Source: an uncultured Pelagibacteraceae bacterium (lineage in GTDB: Bacteria; Pseudomonadota; Alphaproteobacteria; Pelagibacterales; Pelagibacteraceae). From it: a DNA stretch of 64,000 nt. The stretch covers positions 10,498 through 74,497 of the forward strand of contig CACHKZ010000001.1 in NCBI GenBank assembly GCA_902580535.1, given 5' to 3'. The notes under the pieces are model-generated. The model was not told the DNA's origin and made no database searches. It saw nothing but the letters and a program-made list of their open reading frames with translations. Position numbers and translations under genes: made by a program. Positions 18,616 through 28,039 of the stretch are shown piece after piece (within the stretch, counting starts at the first letter, position 1; every line of letters starts with the position of its first letter).

Positions 18616-19680
18616 CTATTTTTTTTGCATTAACCACATTGCATCTTGGCTTAAGAAGTAAATTTTGCCATTTGAAGGGTGGACTTGGATATCTCTTATT
18701 CTTCCAATTTTATTTTTAAAAATAATTTCTTCCCTAACGTTAGATAAATCATTAAATATTAATTTTCTTAAAGACTTGTCTTTTAGTGAAGTTATTAAGG
18801 CATGACCATTCCACTCTTCAAACTCTTTGCCTTTATATATAGTTATCGCACTTGTAGCAATTGATGGCACCCAATACTGAATGGCTTTTGTGAAACCAGG
18901 TTTCCATTTCGGGCCAATTGGAATTCCAGAATAATTTTTTCCACCCCACCCAAGTATTTTCCATCCGTAATTTTCTCCTTTTTTAACCTCACCAAACCAG
19001 TCGCCACCTTTAGCACCATGGTTGCTTATGTAAACTTTTTCATCAAATGCAGATAACACCATACCTTGTGGATTTCTTATTCCTATTTGATAAATTTCTG
19101 GTAACCAATCTGATTTACCTTCAAACTTTGGATTATCATTTGGAATGCTCCCATCTAAATGGACTCTAATTATACTTCCAGGATGCTTTGATGCATCCTG
19201 AGCAATCATACCTTGCCCTCTTTCACCAGCAGAAGCGTAAATATAATTGTCCTTAATAGCTAGCCTTGAGCCAAAATGATATCCTGAGTCAATTGGTGGA
19301 TTAGCCTGGAAAATATTTTTAAACACTAATTTTTTTTTATTTAATTCTGCTCTAGCTATCGATGTACTAGTTTTATAATTACCTCTGTCTTCAGTGTAAG
19401 AGACCCAAACAATATTATCTTTATGAATTATATCTAATAATCCTCCTTGACCATGAACCACAAAGTCAAGTTGATGATCCACTTCTTGTATTTGATAAGT
19501 TAAAATATCTACTATTTTTATTTTTCCACTTTTTTCTGTTACTATAATTTCATTATTACTAATAAAAGAAGATCCCCACGGAGAATCTAATTCTACTAAT
19601 TTTTCTAAAACTATTTTCTCACAGTAAGATTTCGAAGTGAATAATAAAGTTAAGATTATAATTAAAAATTTAATTTTCAC
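18616..19680 (-). CDS. PQQ-dependent sugar dehydrogenase (YliI/Asd family), secreted
   Basis: GQGGLLDI, HFGSRL, GIRNPQG, HGAKGGD, NYGW, GRIRDI; GTG at 19680 gives a signal peptide. Confidence 0.88.
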   Translation of the reverse strand: MKIKFLIIILTLLFTSKSYCEKIVLEKLVELDSPWGSSFISNNEIIVTEKSGKIKIVDILTYQIQEVDHQLDFVVHGQGGLLDIIHKDNIVWVSYTEDRGNYKTSTSIARAELNKKKLVFKNIFQANPPIDSGYHFGSRLAIKDNYIYASAGERGQGMIAQDASKHPGSIIRVHLDGSIPNDNPKFEGKSDWLPEIYQIGIRNPQGMVLSAFDEKVYISNHGAKGGDWFGEVKKGENYGWKILGWGGKNYSGIPIGPKWKPGFTKAIQYWVPSIATSAITIYKGKEFEEWNGHALITSLKDKSLRKLIFNDLSNVREEIIFKNKIGRIRDIQVHPSNGKIYFLSQDAMWLMQKK

Positions 19681-19681
19681 C

Positions 19682-20392
19682 TTAAGAAAGTTTTGATCTT
19701 CCTCCGTCAACAGCAATTATTTGTCCTGTTACCCAAGAGCTTTCTTCTGTAAGTAAAAATTTAGCAAGTGCTGCACCATCTTTGCCTTCTCCTAACCTCT
19801 TAAGTGGATGTGCTTTGGCTATTCCTTTTGCTAGAACTACATTTTTCAACATTGGTTCAGCTATTTTAGAATTTGTTAGACTTAGTGCAATACTGTTTAC
19901 TCTTATGTTAGGTGCAAATTCTGCAGCTAAAGAAACTGTTAAACCTTCAATTGCTGCTTTGGTAGATGCAATAATTGAGTGATTTGTGAAACCTTTTTGA
20001 GCAGCTACAGTTGAAAATAAAACAATTGAACCATTATTTTGTTTTAGATTATCTTGGAATCCTTTAATTAAATCTACAGCCGAATAAAAATTTAGTTTCA
20101 TACATTTATTAAAATCATTTTGTGTTGCCAATTTTAAGGGCTTTAGATCTATTGAACCAACACAATAAGCTAAACCCTTAATTTCTGGAATATCTGATTT
20201 TATCTTATCCGCAAATCCATCTTGCAAGACATCTGCAACAGTATATGGAGAGTTTAATTTTTCTGATAAATTTTTGAGTTGAGCTTCATCTCTGCCAACT
20301 AAGTGAATTTCTCTACCAGAAGAGTGCATTTGTTCTGCTAAATTAGATCCGATAGAACCTGTCGCACCGACAATTAGATATTTTTCTGCCAT
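19682..20392 (-). CDS. Short-chain dehydrogenase/reductase
   Basis: VGATGSIG, FSTVAA, IRVNSI, VTGQIIAVDGG. Confidence 0.88.
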   Translation of the reverse strand: MAEKYLIVGATGSIGSNLAEQMHSSGREIHLVGRDEAQLKNLSEKLNSPYTVADVLQDGFADKIKSDIPEIKGLAYCVGSIDLKPLKLATQNDFNKCMKLNFYSAVDLIKGFQDNLKQNNGSIVLFSTVAAQKGFTNHSIIASTKAAIEGLTVSLAAEFAPNIRVNSIALSLTNSKIAEPMLKNVVLAKGIAKAHPLKRLGEGKDGAALAKFLLTEESSWVTGQIIAVDGGRSKLS

Positions 20393-20402
20393 ATAAATAA
20401 TA

Positions 20403-21899
20403 ATGAAATTATTTTTTATACTTGGAAATCAATTATTTCCATTAAAAAACCTTGACCGCTTCAAAAAAGACCACCTTTTTTTTATGTCGGAAGACTACCA
20501 ATTGTGCACTTATGAGAGACATCATAAATTGAAGATTCTATTATTTTTGTCTTCGATGAGATCCTACGCAGATAGATTGAAAGACAACAAATTTAAACTC
20601 AACTATTCAAAGATCGATTCGAGTGATTTTAAAAAAGATTATACTAAAAAATTAGAATTAAGTTTAAAAAAAAATAAAATTAAGGAAGTCACAAGTTTTG
20701 AAATAGAGGATAAATTTTTTGAAACAAAAATAAAAAATTTTTTAAAAAAACAGAATGTAAAATGGAATATTTTACAATCTCCTATGTTTCTAGATAATCG
20801 CGAGGATTTTAAGAGATATTTATCAAAGACAAAAAAACCTTTTATGGCAAAATATTATAAAGATAAAAGAGAAAGATTAAATATTTTATTAAACAAAGAT
20901 GGTTCACCCGAAGGTGGAAAATGGAGTTTTGATGAGGATAATAGAAAAAAATTACCAAAAAATATTTCCATTCCTAAACAACCAAGTATCAAAGAAAGTA
21001 GTCATACAAAAAATCTAAAACCTGTTATTCAAAAATTATTTAATAAACATCCTGGTCATACAGAAAATTTTTGGTTTGCTACTGAATATAAAGATGTTTT
21101 GAAAATGTTGGATTTTTTTATAAAAGAAAAGCTTAACTTATTTGGAGATTATGAAGATGCAGTCGATCAAAAAAATAATATTTTGTTCCATAGTGCACTT
21201 AGTCCCTATCTAAATTTAGGTTTAATTACACCTGATATTATTATGCAAAAAGTTATGAATTTTCATCATAGTAAAGGTGTAAGACTCAATTCCTTGGAGG
21301 GTTTTATAAGACAAATTATTGGTTGGAGGGAATTTATGAGAGGTATTTACCAAAATTATAATAAAGAAATGGAAAATGGAAATTTCTTTAAACATTCTAG
21401 AAAAATGAAACTTTCATTTTACAATGGCACTACTGGCTTAGATCCATTGGATCACTCTATTAAAAATGCTGATAAGTATGGATGGTCACATCATATTGAA
21501 AGATTAATGATATTATCAAACATAATGAATTTGTGCGAAGTTGAACCGAAATCAGTTTATAAATGGTTTATGGAAATGTTTGTTGACTCATCAGATTGGG
21601 TAATGGTGCCAAACGTCTACGGTATGGGATTGTTTAGTGATGGTGGTATATTCGCTACCAAACCTTACATATGTGGTTCTAGTTATTTTATGAAAATGAT
21701 GGACTTTAAAAAAGGCAGTTGGTGCAATATTATGGATGGTCTTTACTGGCGATTTATAGATAGAAATAGAAAGTTTTTTTTAAAAAATCCTAGACTATCA
21801 ATGATGGTGAGAATTTTTGATAAAATGAAGGAAGATCGAAAAAAATTAATCTTATCAGAGGCAGATAAATTTATTAAGACCAATACATATGGGAACTAA
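20403..21899 (+). CDS. Cryptochrome/photolyase, bacterial (6-4) photolyase (PhrB/CryB class) lacking Fe-S cysteines
   Basis: LGNQLF, HKLK, PEGGKWSFDEDNR, FGDYEDA, EGFIRQIIGWREF, HHIERLM, WVMVPNV, KPY. Confidence 0.88.
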   Translation: MKLFFILGNQLFPLKNLDRFKKDHLFFMSEDYQLCTYERHHKLKILLFLSSMRSYADRLKDNKFKLNYSKIDSSDFKKDYTKKLELSLKKNKIKEVTSFEIEDKFFETKIKNFLKKQNVKWNILQSPMFLDNREDFKRYLSKTKKPFMAKYYKDKRERLNILLNKDGSPEGGKWSFDEDNRKKLPKNISIPKQPSIKESSHTKNLKPVIQKLFNKHPGHTENFWFATEYKDVLKMLDFFIKEKLNLFGDYEDAVDQKNNILFHSALSPYLNLGLITPDIIMQKVMNFHHSKGVRLNSLEGFIRQIIGWREFMRGIYQNYNKEMENGNFFKHSRKMKLSFYNGTTGLDPLDHSIKNADKYGWSHHIERLMILSNIMNLCEVEPKSVYKWFMEMFVDSSDWVMVPNVYGMGLFSDGGIFATKPYICGSSYFMKMMDFKKGSWCNIMDGLYWRFIDRNRKFFLKNPRLSMMVRIFDKMKEDRKKLILSEADKFIKTNTYGN

Positions 21900-22239
21900 A
21901 GTATATTTTAACAATTCTTGTAATATTTGTAGGATGGAAATTAACCACTATAAAAAAATTGCTAATACTGATTTAGAGTGGATTGATATCACCAATAACG
22001 AAGATGCTGTAAAAATTACATCTAAATCTCAAAAAGAATTACTTAGAAGATTGCATATTATAGTTGATGGAGAAGTAGTTGGAGGAGCTAAAGCTTTTAT
22101 TATTATTTGGTCAAAAATACCAAAATATAAATTTTTATCTAAAATTTTCTCAATAAAACCATTATTTTTTATTTTTCACTATCTTTATGAAATTGCAGCT
22201 TATTTTTTATTTTTAAAAAATAGGAATCAATTAAAATGA
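21889..22239 (+). CDS. DUF393/DCC family thiol-disulfide oxidoreductase-like protein
   Basis: YFNNSCNIC, RRLH, GAKAF. Confidence 0.8.
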   Translation: MGTKVYFNNSCNICRMEINHYKKIANTDLEWIDITNNEDAVKITSKSQKELLRRLHIIVDGEVVGGAKAFIIIWSKIPKYKFLSKIFSIKPLFFIFHYLYEIAAYFLFLKNRNQLK

Positions 22240-22364
22240 AGAAACAAAATTTACCAACTAAGATTTGTAAAGTTTGTAATCGTCCTTTTGCTTGGCGAAA
22301 AAAATGGAAACTTAACTGGGATAAAGTAAAATATTGTTCAAAGAAATGTGCGTCGAATAATTAA
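22236..22364 (+). CDS. DUF2256 family small Cys-rich protein (42 aa)
   Basis: MKKQNLPTKICKVCNRPFAWRKKWKLNWDKVKYCSKKC; ATGA overlap with upstream gene; not in the ORF track. Confidence 0.88.
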   Translation: MKKQNLPTKICKVCNRPFAWRKKWKLNWDKVKYCSKKCASNN

Positions 22365-22658
22365 TTACTGCGTTTTACTCTTTCTAGGATCCTTTAAGGA
22401 TTTTAATATTTTTGATAATCCAGTAATTTTCAAACTGTAGTAAATTACATAAATCAAAGTAAGTCCTAAAGCCATTGTCGATAGAAAAACAAATATAGCT
22501 GTTAAAATTTTTTCTTGGAACCAATTCTCAACACCTGAATTAGAGTAATAAAGAATATTCCAAAACAATACAAAAATTAATTCATATACAATTATAATTT
22601 TAAACATAAACTTGATATAATTCTCATTATAATTAATACTATTCAATTCTTGTCGCAT
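22365..22658 (-). CDS. Hypothetical membrane protein
   Basis: 97 aa, two hydrophobic segments, fills the gap. Confidence 0.5.
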   Translation of the reverse strand: MRQELNSINYNENYIKFMFKIIIVYELIFVLFWNILYYSNSGVENWFQEKILTAIFVFLSTMALGLTLIYVIYYSLKITGLSKILKSLKDPRKSKTQ

Positions 22659-22695
22659 GTCTAAGTATTTTTATGTGATAAAACGTTAAATATAG

Positions 22696-23451
22696 ATGAA
22701 AAAAGTAATTTGGATAACTGGTGGTGGAACTGGAATAGGAAAAGCAGTAGCAATTAAGTTTGCAAATCAAGGTTGGAAAGTTGCAATTTCTGGAAGAAGA
22801 GAAAATATTTTAAAAGAAGTTGAGGACATCAATCCAAACATCAAATCATTTCCTTTAGATGTAAATGATAAGGGAAAATGTTTCGAGATTATGAACAATA
22901 TAAAAGATGAGTTTGGAGATATTGATATCTGTTTCTTTTCTACAGGCACATGGGATCCTAAAAAAGAAAGAGAAATTGATGTTGAGCAAATTGAAAAGGT
23001 TTTTAAGGTAAATTTTTTTGGAACCCTCAATTGTATTAAATCTGTTGAAGATCACTTTAGAAATAGGAGAAATGGAGTAATAACAATAGTTTCCTCTATT
23101 GCAGGTTACAAAGGGTTGCCAAATTCTACCGGTTATGGCCCATCAAAAGCTGCTTTAAATAATCTTGCCGAAAGTCTTTACTTTGATTTTGGAAGATACA
23201 ATGTGAGAGTATGTTTAGTATCTCCTGGCTTTATAAAAACACCTATGACTGATAAAAATGATTTTAAAATGCCATTTCTTAAAACACCTGAATATTCTGC
23301 GGATAAAATTTATAATGGTCTAATTAATAGTAATAAATTTGAAATACATTTTCCAAAATCATTAACCCTGATATTAAAATTTTTTAAAATAATTCCAGAC
23401 AGGTTGTATTTTTATTTAGTTAAAAAAATGACCAAATTACAAAAAAAATAG
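22696..23451 (+). CDS. Short-chain dehydrogenase/reductase
   Basis: WITGGGTGIG, YGPSK, PGFIKTPMT...MPF. Confidence 0.9.
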   Translation: MKKVIWITGGGTGIGKAVAIKFANQGWKVAISGRRENILKEVEDINPNIKSFPLDVNDKGKCFEIMNNIKDEFGDIDICFFSTGTWDPKKEREIDVEQIEKVFKVNFFGTLNCIKSVEDHFRNRRNGVITIVSSIAGYKGLPNSTGYGPSKAALNNLAESLYFDFGRYNVRVCLVSPGFIKTPMTDKNDFKMPFLKTPEYSADKIYNGLINSNKFEIHFPKSLTLILKFFKIIPDRLYFYLVKKMTKLQKK

Positions 23452-23453
23452 TT

Positions 23454-23990
23454 TTAGTCTTTAACAAACATCACTGTTAATTCTGCAACTTTAATTCCAA
23501 ACTTTGTCATTTTCGCTCTATTGATCGCTACTCTTTCATCCTGCATGAAAATCCAATCATCAAACGTAATTTTAATTTCTCTTCCTTTTACAGGAACAAG
23601 TAACACATATTCAAATTTAAATGCAGGCCCATAAGAATATCCTTTTGCTGTTCCAACTACGTCTCCCGCAGTGCCCTCATAATTATGTTTGTCAATTTTA
23701 TCTATGGTCCACTGTCTATTTTGAATTTCTCCATCATTCCAAATAAACTTTTCATCAAGTATTAATTGCTTACCATCCCATCTTCCATTCAAATCTGCAG
23801 AAAACTGTCGAGTAACTTTGCCTGATCTATTTTGTAAAATACCCCATGCTTTTACATTTCCAGATAAATACTCTTCGATTATCAGTCTTGGTTTTTGGTT
23901 TTTAAAATCTTCTGGTTTCATCCCTTGATTAGATGAACAATTTGTAATCAATACTGAGATTATTATCAATAAAAAATATTTTAATTTCAT
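23454..23990 (-). CDS. DUF3833 family lipoprotein
   Basis: Lipobox LITNC, AWG...RQF, FDDW, INRA...KFG. Confidence 0.85.
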   Translation of the reverse strand: MKLKYFLLIIISVLITNCSSNQGMKPEDFKNQKPRLIIEEYLSGNVKAWGILQNRSGKVTRQFSADLNGRWDGKQLILDEKFIWNDGEIQNRQWTIDKIDKHNYEGTAGDVVGTAKGYSYGPAFKFEYVLLVPVKGREIKITFDDWIFMQDERVAINRAKMTKFGIKVAELTVMFVKD

Positions 23991-23994
23991 AAAG

Positions 23995-25167
23995 TTACTT
24001 TTGGAGAGCAAATTGTATTAAATCGATATTTTTGGATTTAAATCCAGCCTCGCAATAAGACAAGTAAAAATTCCACATTCTTTTGAAAGTGTTATCAAAA
24101 CCTTGGGATGATATTTGATCCCACTTATCGAAAAATTCATCTCTCCAAATTCTCAGTGTATTAGAGTAATGTTCTCCGTAAGAATTACATTGCTCAAATT
24201 TAAGTCCTGATTTATTTGATAGAGAAACTAACTCATTTTTGCTTGGCAAAAAGCCACCTGGAAAAATATATTTTTGGATGAAATCAGTCTTATTTTTATA
24301 CCTTTCGTAAATACTATCATCAATAGTAATTGCTTGTATGGCAGCTGTTCCACCATCTACTAGATTTTGCTTTATAGTATTAAAATAATTTTTTAAATAG
24401 TTATGACCAACAGCCTCGATCATTTCTATTGATGCAATTGAATTATATTTATTTCTAATATCTCTAAAGTCTAACATTTGTATGTTTATCTTCTCATTTA
24501 AACCGACTTTATGAATTCTTTCCTTGGAAAATTCATATTGTTTTTTAGAAATTGTAATACAATCTAATTTTACATCATAATTTTTTCCAATGTATTCTGC
24601 AAAGCCTCCCCAACCACATCCTATCTCTAGCATTTTGTCACCAGACTTAGGCTTTACTAAATTTGAAAGTTTCCTATATTTGTTGATTTGTGCTTTTTCT
24701 AAGTCATTTCCTTCTTCAAAGATTGCACTCGAATATGTTAATGTTTTATCAAGCCATAAGGAGAAAAACTCATTTCCTAAATCGTAATGTTTTCTTATAT
24801 TTTCTTTACTTCTAGATTTATTATTTTTAATAAAAAAATTTTTGATTTTGTTAAATATTGCAATATCAAAGGATCCAGAAAATTTATGTATTATTTTTAT
24901 ATTTTTGGCAGCTAATTCTATTAGGTTGGTTAAATTTTTTGTTTCAAAACTGTTATCCATGTAAGCTTCTGCTAAACCGATGCTTCCATTTTTGATTATT
25001 TTTAGAGTAATACCTGGTTTATTTATTTTTAAATGAGCATGTAATCTTTCATTGCTATTTCCAAAATTATATTCTTTTCCATCATGATTGATTATCTTTA
25101 ACGTACCATGTTTTATATATTTAAGTGAGCTAAAAACAATCTTGTCTGACAATTTATTCAAATTCAT
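23995..25167 (-). CDS. cfa: Cyclopropane-fatty-acyl synthase family SAM methyltransferase (CfaS/UfaM-like)
   Basis: HYDLGNEFF, TYSSA, LEIGCGWGG, SIEMIEAVG, FIQKYIFPGG, YLSYCEAGF. Confidence 0.88.
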   Translation of the reverse strand: MNLNKLSDKIVFSSLKYIKHGTLKIINHDGKEYNFGNSNERLHAHLKINKPGITLKIIKNGSIGLAEAYMDNSFETKNLTNLIELAAKNIKIIHKFSGSFDIAIFNKIKNFFIKNNKSRSKENIRKHYDLGNEFFSLWLDKTLTYSSAIFEEGNDLEKAQINKYRKLSNLVKPKSGDKMLEIGCGWGGFAEYIGKNYDVKLDCITISKKQYEFSKERIHKVGLNEKINIQMLDFRDIRNKYNSIASIEMIEAVGHNYLKNYFNTIKQNLVDGGTAAIQAITIDDSIYERYKNKTDFIQKYIFPGGFLPSKNELVSLSNKSGLKFEQCNSYGEHYSNTLRIWRDEFFDKWDQISSQGFDNTFKRMWNFYLSYCEAGFKSKNIDLIQFALQK

Positions 25168-25930
25168 TTTTTTCTTCTGAAATATTATTTTTAATTCTTA
25201 ACTTTTTCTTTATAAACTTTATTCCTTTTAACCATAATTTAAATGCTTCATAATGGATTGCGACAATAACTTTGAAGGTCATTAATGGGTGAAAAATATA
25301 AGAAAAGAACAAATTTTTGTTACTCAAATCTTTTGCGATACCGTCTTGTGATGCAAATAATAATTTACCCTCTTTATCAGATTGGTCTATTATAACTGAT
25401 ATTTTATCAGAAGGTTTGTTTACTCTAAATTTATAAATACACTCCATATCTATAAAAGGCGATACATAAAATTTTTTTGTACAACTATTTTTTATAGTCT
25501 CTGTATCTTGCGTTTTAAAAATATATGTATGCTGTTCACCAAAAGTATTTTTAACTTCATAGAAAATTGAAATTATTTTGTTATCTTTATTATATATAAA
25601 AAAAACACTTAAAGGATTAAATACATAACCAAAAATTCTTGGATAACACAGTATTTTAACTTTTACGTCTGTTTCATCAATACCAATATTTTTTAAATTA
25701 TGTCTAACCCAATTTTTTAAAGATGTTCCATCTCGATTACCGTGATCTTTGTCAAAAAAACTTAAAATGTTGAATTTATTATAAGAAAATATTGCAATAT
25801 TCTTATTAATTTTCTCTAAATCATCAAGATCAATCAACAATGAAAAAACGCTGTATTTAAAATAGTGATTTTTAGGTTTAAATCTTCTATGAATTACTTT
25901 CCCGGTATAAATTTTTGAGTTTTTAAACAT
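25154..25930 (-). CDS. DUF1365 family protein (UfaO-like)
   Basis: HRRFKP, PRIFGYVFNPLS, EVKNTFGEQHTY, KFYVSPF, IHYEAFKLW. Confidence 0.88.
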   Translation of the reverse strand: MFKNSKIYTGKVIHRRFKPKNHYFKYSVFSLLIDLDDLEKINKNIAIFSYNKFNILSFFDKDHGNRDGTSLKNWVRHNLKNIGIDETDVKVKILCYPRIFGYVFNPLSVFFIYNKDNKIISIFYEVKNTFGEQHTYIFKTQDTETIKNSCTKKFYVSPFIDMECIYKFRVNKPSDKISVIIDQSDKEGKLLFASQDGIAKDLSNKNLFFSYIFHPLMTFKVIVAIHYEAFKLWLKGIKFIKKKLRIKNNISEEKNEFE

Positions 25931-27161
25931 TAATATAATTCATCATATCTAATGATGATTTTATACCATCTTCATGAAAACCATAACCAAAATAACTTCC
26001 ACAAAATAAAATATTATTTTTATTTTGAAGTAAATGAAGATCCTTTTGACTATTAATTGCTTTTTGATCAAAATATGGATGTGTAAATTGCACCCTTCTA
26101 ATAATTTTTTCTTCAGGTATTTTTAAATAAGGATTCAATGTCAAAAATATATTTTTAGAAATATTCAGATTCTGTAATAAATTTAACCAGTAAGTGATAG
26201 AATTTTGCTCACTGTTTTCAGCCTCTATTGAGGAATTCCAAGAACACCAAGCTTTATTATTTTTTGGCATATAATTAATATCTTCATGAATAACTGCCTC
26301 ATTTGTTCTATATTTAAAATTACTCAAAATCTTTTTTTCAATTTCATCTGGATCTTCAATAATTGAAAGAGCTTGATCAGCATGTGTAGCTAGTACAACT
26401 TTATCATAAGTAAAATACTCATTTTTATCACCATAATAAACCTGGATTCCAGATTGAATTCTTTTAATTTTATTTATGTTATAATTTTTATAGTATTCGC
26501 CACTTATACTACTAAGTATTTTATTTACATATGTTCTGCTTCTGTTTGAAACTGTAAACCATTGAGGTCTATTTTTTAATTTAAAAAGACCATGATTTTG
26601 GAAAAATTTTAAGAAAAAACTTAAAGGCATTTGCTTTGCTTCATAAGGAGGCATTGACCATATTGCTGAAACCATTGGAATAATGTGAAATTTTATGAAA
26701 TAGTCTGAAACATTTAATTTTTCTAAATATTTTCCTAAAGTAATGTTTTCAGTTATAAAATTTTTGTTTTCACTCTTTTTATAAAAATTAATTATTGTAA
26801 AAAACATTTTTAAAAATTTTATATTTAATAGATTTAATTTATTACTAAAAATTCCTGATATTCCTTTTCCACAATATTCAATTTCTGAGTCTCTAACAGA
26901 TACTGAAAATGACATATTACTTTTTTCTATGGCTATATTATTTTCCTCAAAAAAATTTATTAAATTTGGATATGTTTTTTTATTGAATACAATGAAACCT
27001 ATGTCTACAGGTATTACATTATTTTGAATTTTAATGTCTATTGTATGGGAATGTCCACCGAAGTGATCTTCTTTTTCAAAAAGATCAACTTTATGATTTT
27101 TCGAAAGATAATACGCTGAACTTAGACCTGAAATACCAGATCCTATAATTGCTAATTTCAT
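25923..27161 (-). CDS. FAD-dependent oxidoreductase, COG2907 (UfaD-like)
   Basis: IIGSGISGL, GGHSHT, VDIGFIVFN..TYPN, SNMSFSV, FFQNHGL, GYGFHEDG. Confidence 0.88.
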   Translation of the reverse strand: MKLAIIGSGISGLSSAYYLSKNHKVDLFEKEDHFGGHSHTIDIKIQNNVIPVDIGFIVFNKKTYPNLINFFEENNIAIEKSNMSFSVSVRDSEIEYCGKGISGIFSNKLNLLNIKFLKMFFTIINFYKKSENKNFITENITLGKYLEKLNVSDYFIKFHIIPMVSAIWSMPPYEAKQMPLSFFLKFFQNHGLFKLKNRPQWFTVSNRSRTYVNKILSSISGEYYKNYNINKIKRIQSGIQVYYGDKNEYFTYDKVVLATHADQALSIIEDPDEIEKKILSNFKYRTNEAVIHEDINYMPKNNKAWCSWNSSIEAENSEQNSITYWLNLLQNLNISKNIFLTLNPYLKIPEEKIIRRVQFTHPYFDQKAINSQKDLHLLQNKNNILFCGSYFGYGFHEDGIKSSLDMMNYINV

Positions 27162-28039
27162 TATTGAGGATTATATTTATTTTCACCTTTAAATGATGAG
27201 ACAAATTGTAGAAAAACTGCAAATATTATTATCCCACCACCAATTAATACGTGAAATGATGGATTTTCGTTTACAAAAAGCCATGCCCACATAGGACCTA
27301 AAATTGCTTCTGTAAGCATAATTATGCCAACCATTGCAGATAATGTTTTTTTAGCTCCAATTGTTATAAATATAAAACCAAGCCCTATTTGAAAAGTACC
27401 TGATAAAAATGCTAAAAATATGTCGTACATAGATATAGAAATTTTAGTTGACGCTAAAAAACCAATAATCATTGCAACTATGCCTGCTACTAGTTGAAGA
27501 GGTATCATATCCACAGTCGGATACTTTCTTACAATTAAAATTAAAATTGCAAATGTAATAGGCATTACAAAAGCAACAATGTTTCCTGACATTTGACCAC
27601 TTGAAAGGGTATTTCCAAGCATAAGTATTAAACCTGATATTGCTAAAATAATTGACGCTAGTGTAATTTTTGAAATTTTTTCTTTTAAGAAAAAATAACC
27701 AAAAATTGCTAAAAAAATTGTCTGCGTCTGGATAATAAAATTAGTATTGGCAACTGTAGTATTATACATGGCAAAAACATAACTGCTGAAACCAAAACCA
27801 AGAATAATACCTCCAATTAATCCTGGAATTCCTGATAAGTAAATTTTGCTTAATACATTCTTTTTATAACTAAAGAATAAAAATATAGTTACAGTTATTA
27901 TAAAAAAAACTTGTCTCCAAAATAGTATTTGCCATAAAGTTGATCCTTCAAACGATTTTACAATTAAACCTCCAAAACTAAGACAAAATGCACCAAGAAA
28001 AATTAATAATGGTCCTGGTAATTTTGAAATTAAATTCAT
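27161..28039 (-). CDS. DMT/EamA family transporter
   Basis: About 10 TM, LTEAILGPMWAW. Confidence 0.85.
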   Translation of the reverse strand: MNLISKLPGPLLIFLGAFCLSFGGLIVKSFEGSTLWQILFWRQVFFIITVTIFLFFSYKKNVLSKIYLSGIPGLIGGIILGFGFSSYVFAMYNTTVANTNFIIQTQTIFLAIFGYFFLKEKISKITLASIILAISGLILMLGNTLSSGQMSGNIVAFVMPITFAILILIVRKYPTVDMIPLQLVAGIVAMIIGFLASTKISISMYDIFLAFLSGTFQIGLGFIFITIGAKKTLSAMVGIIMLTEAILGPMWAWLFVNENPSFHVLIGGGIIIFAVFLQFVSSFKGENKYNPQ

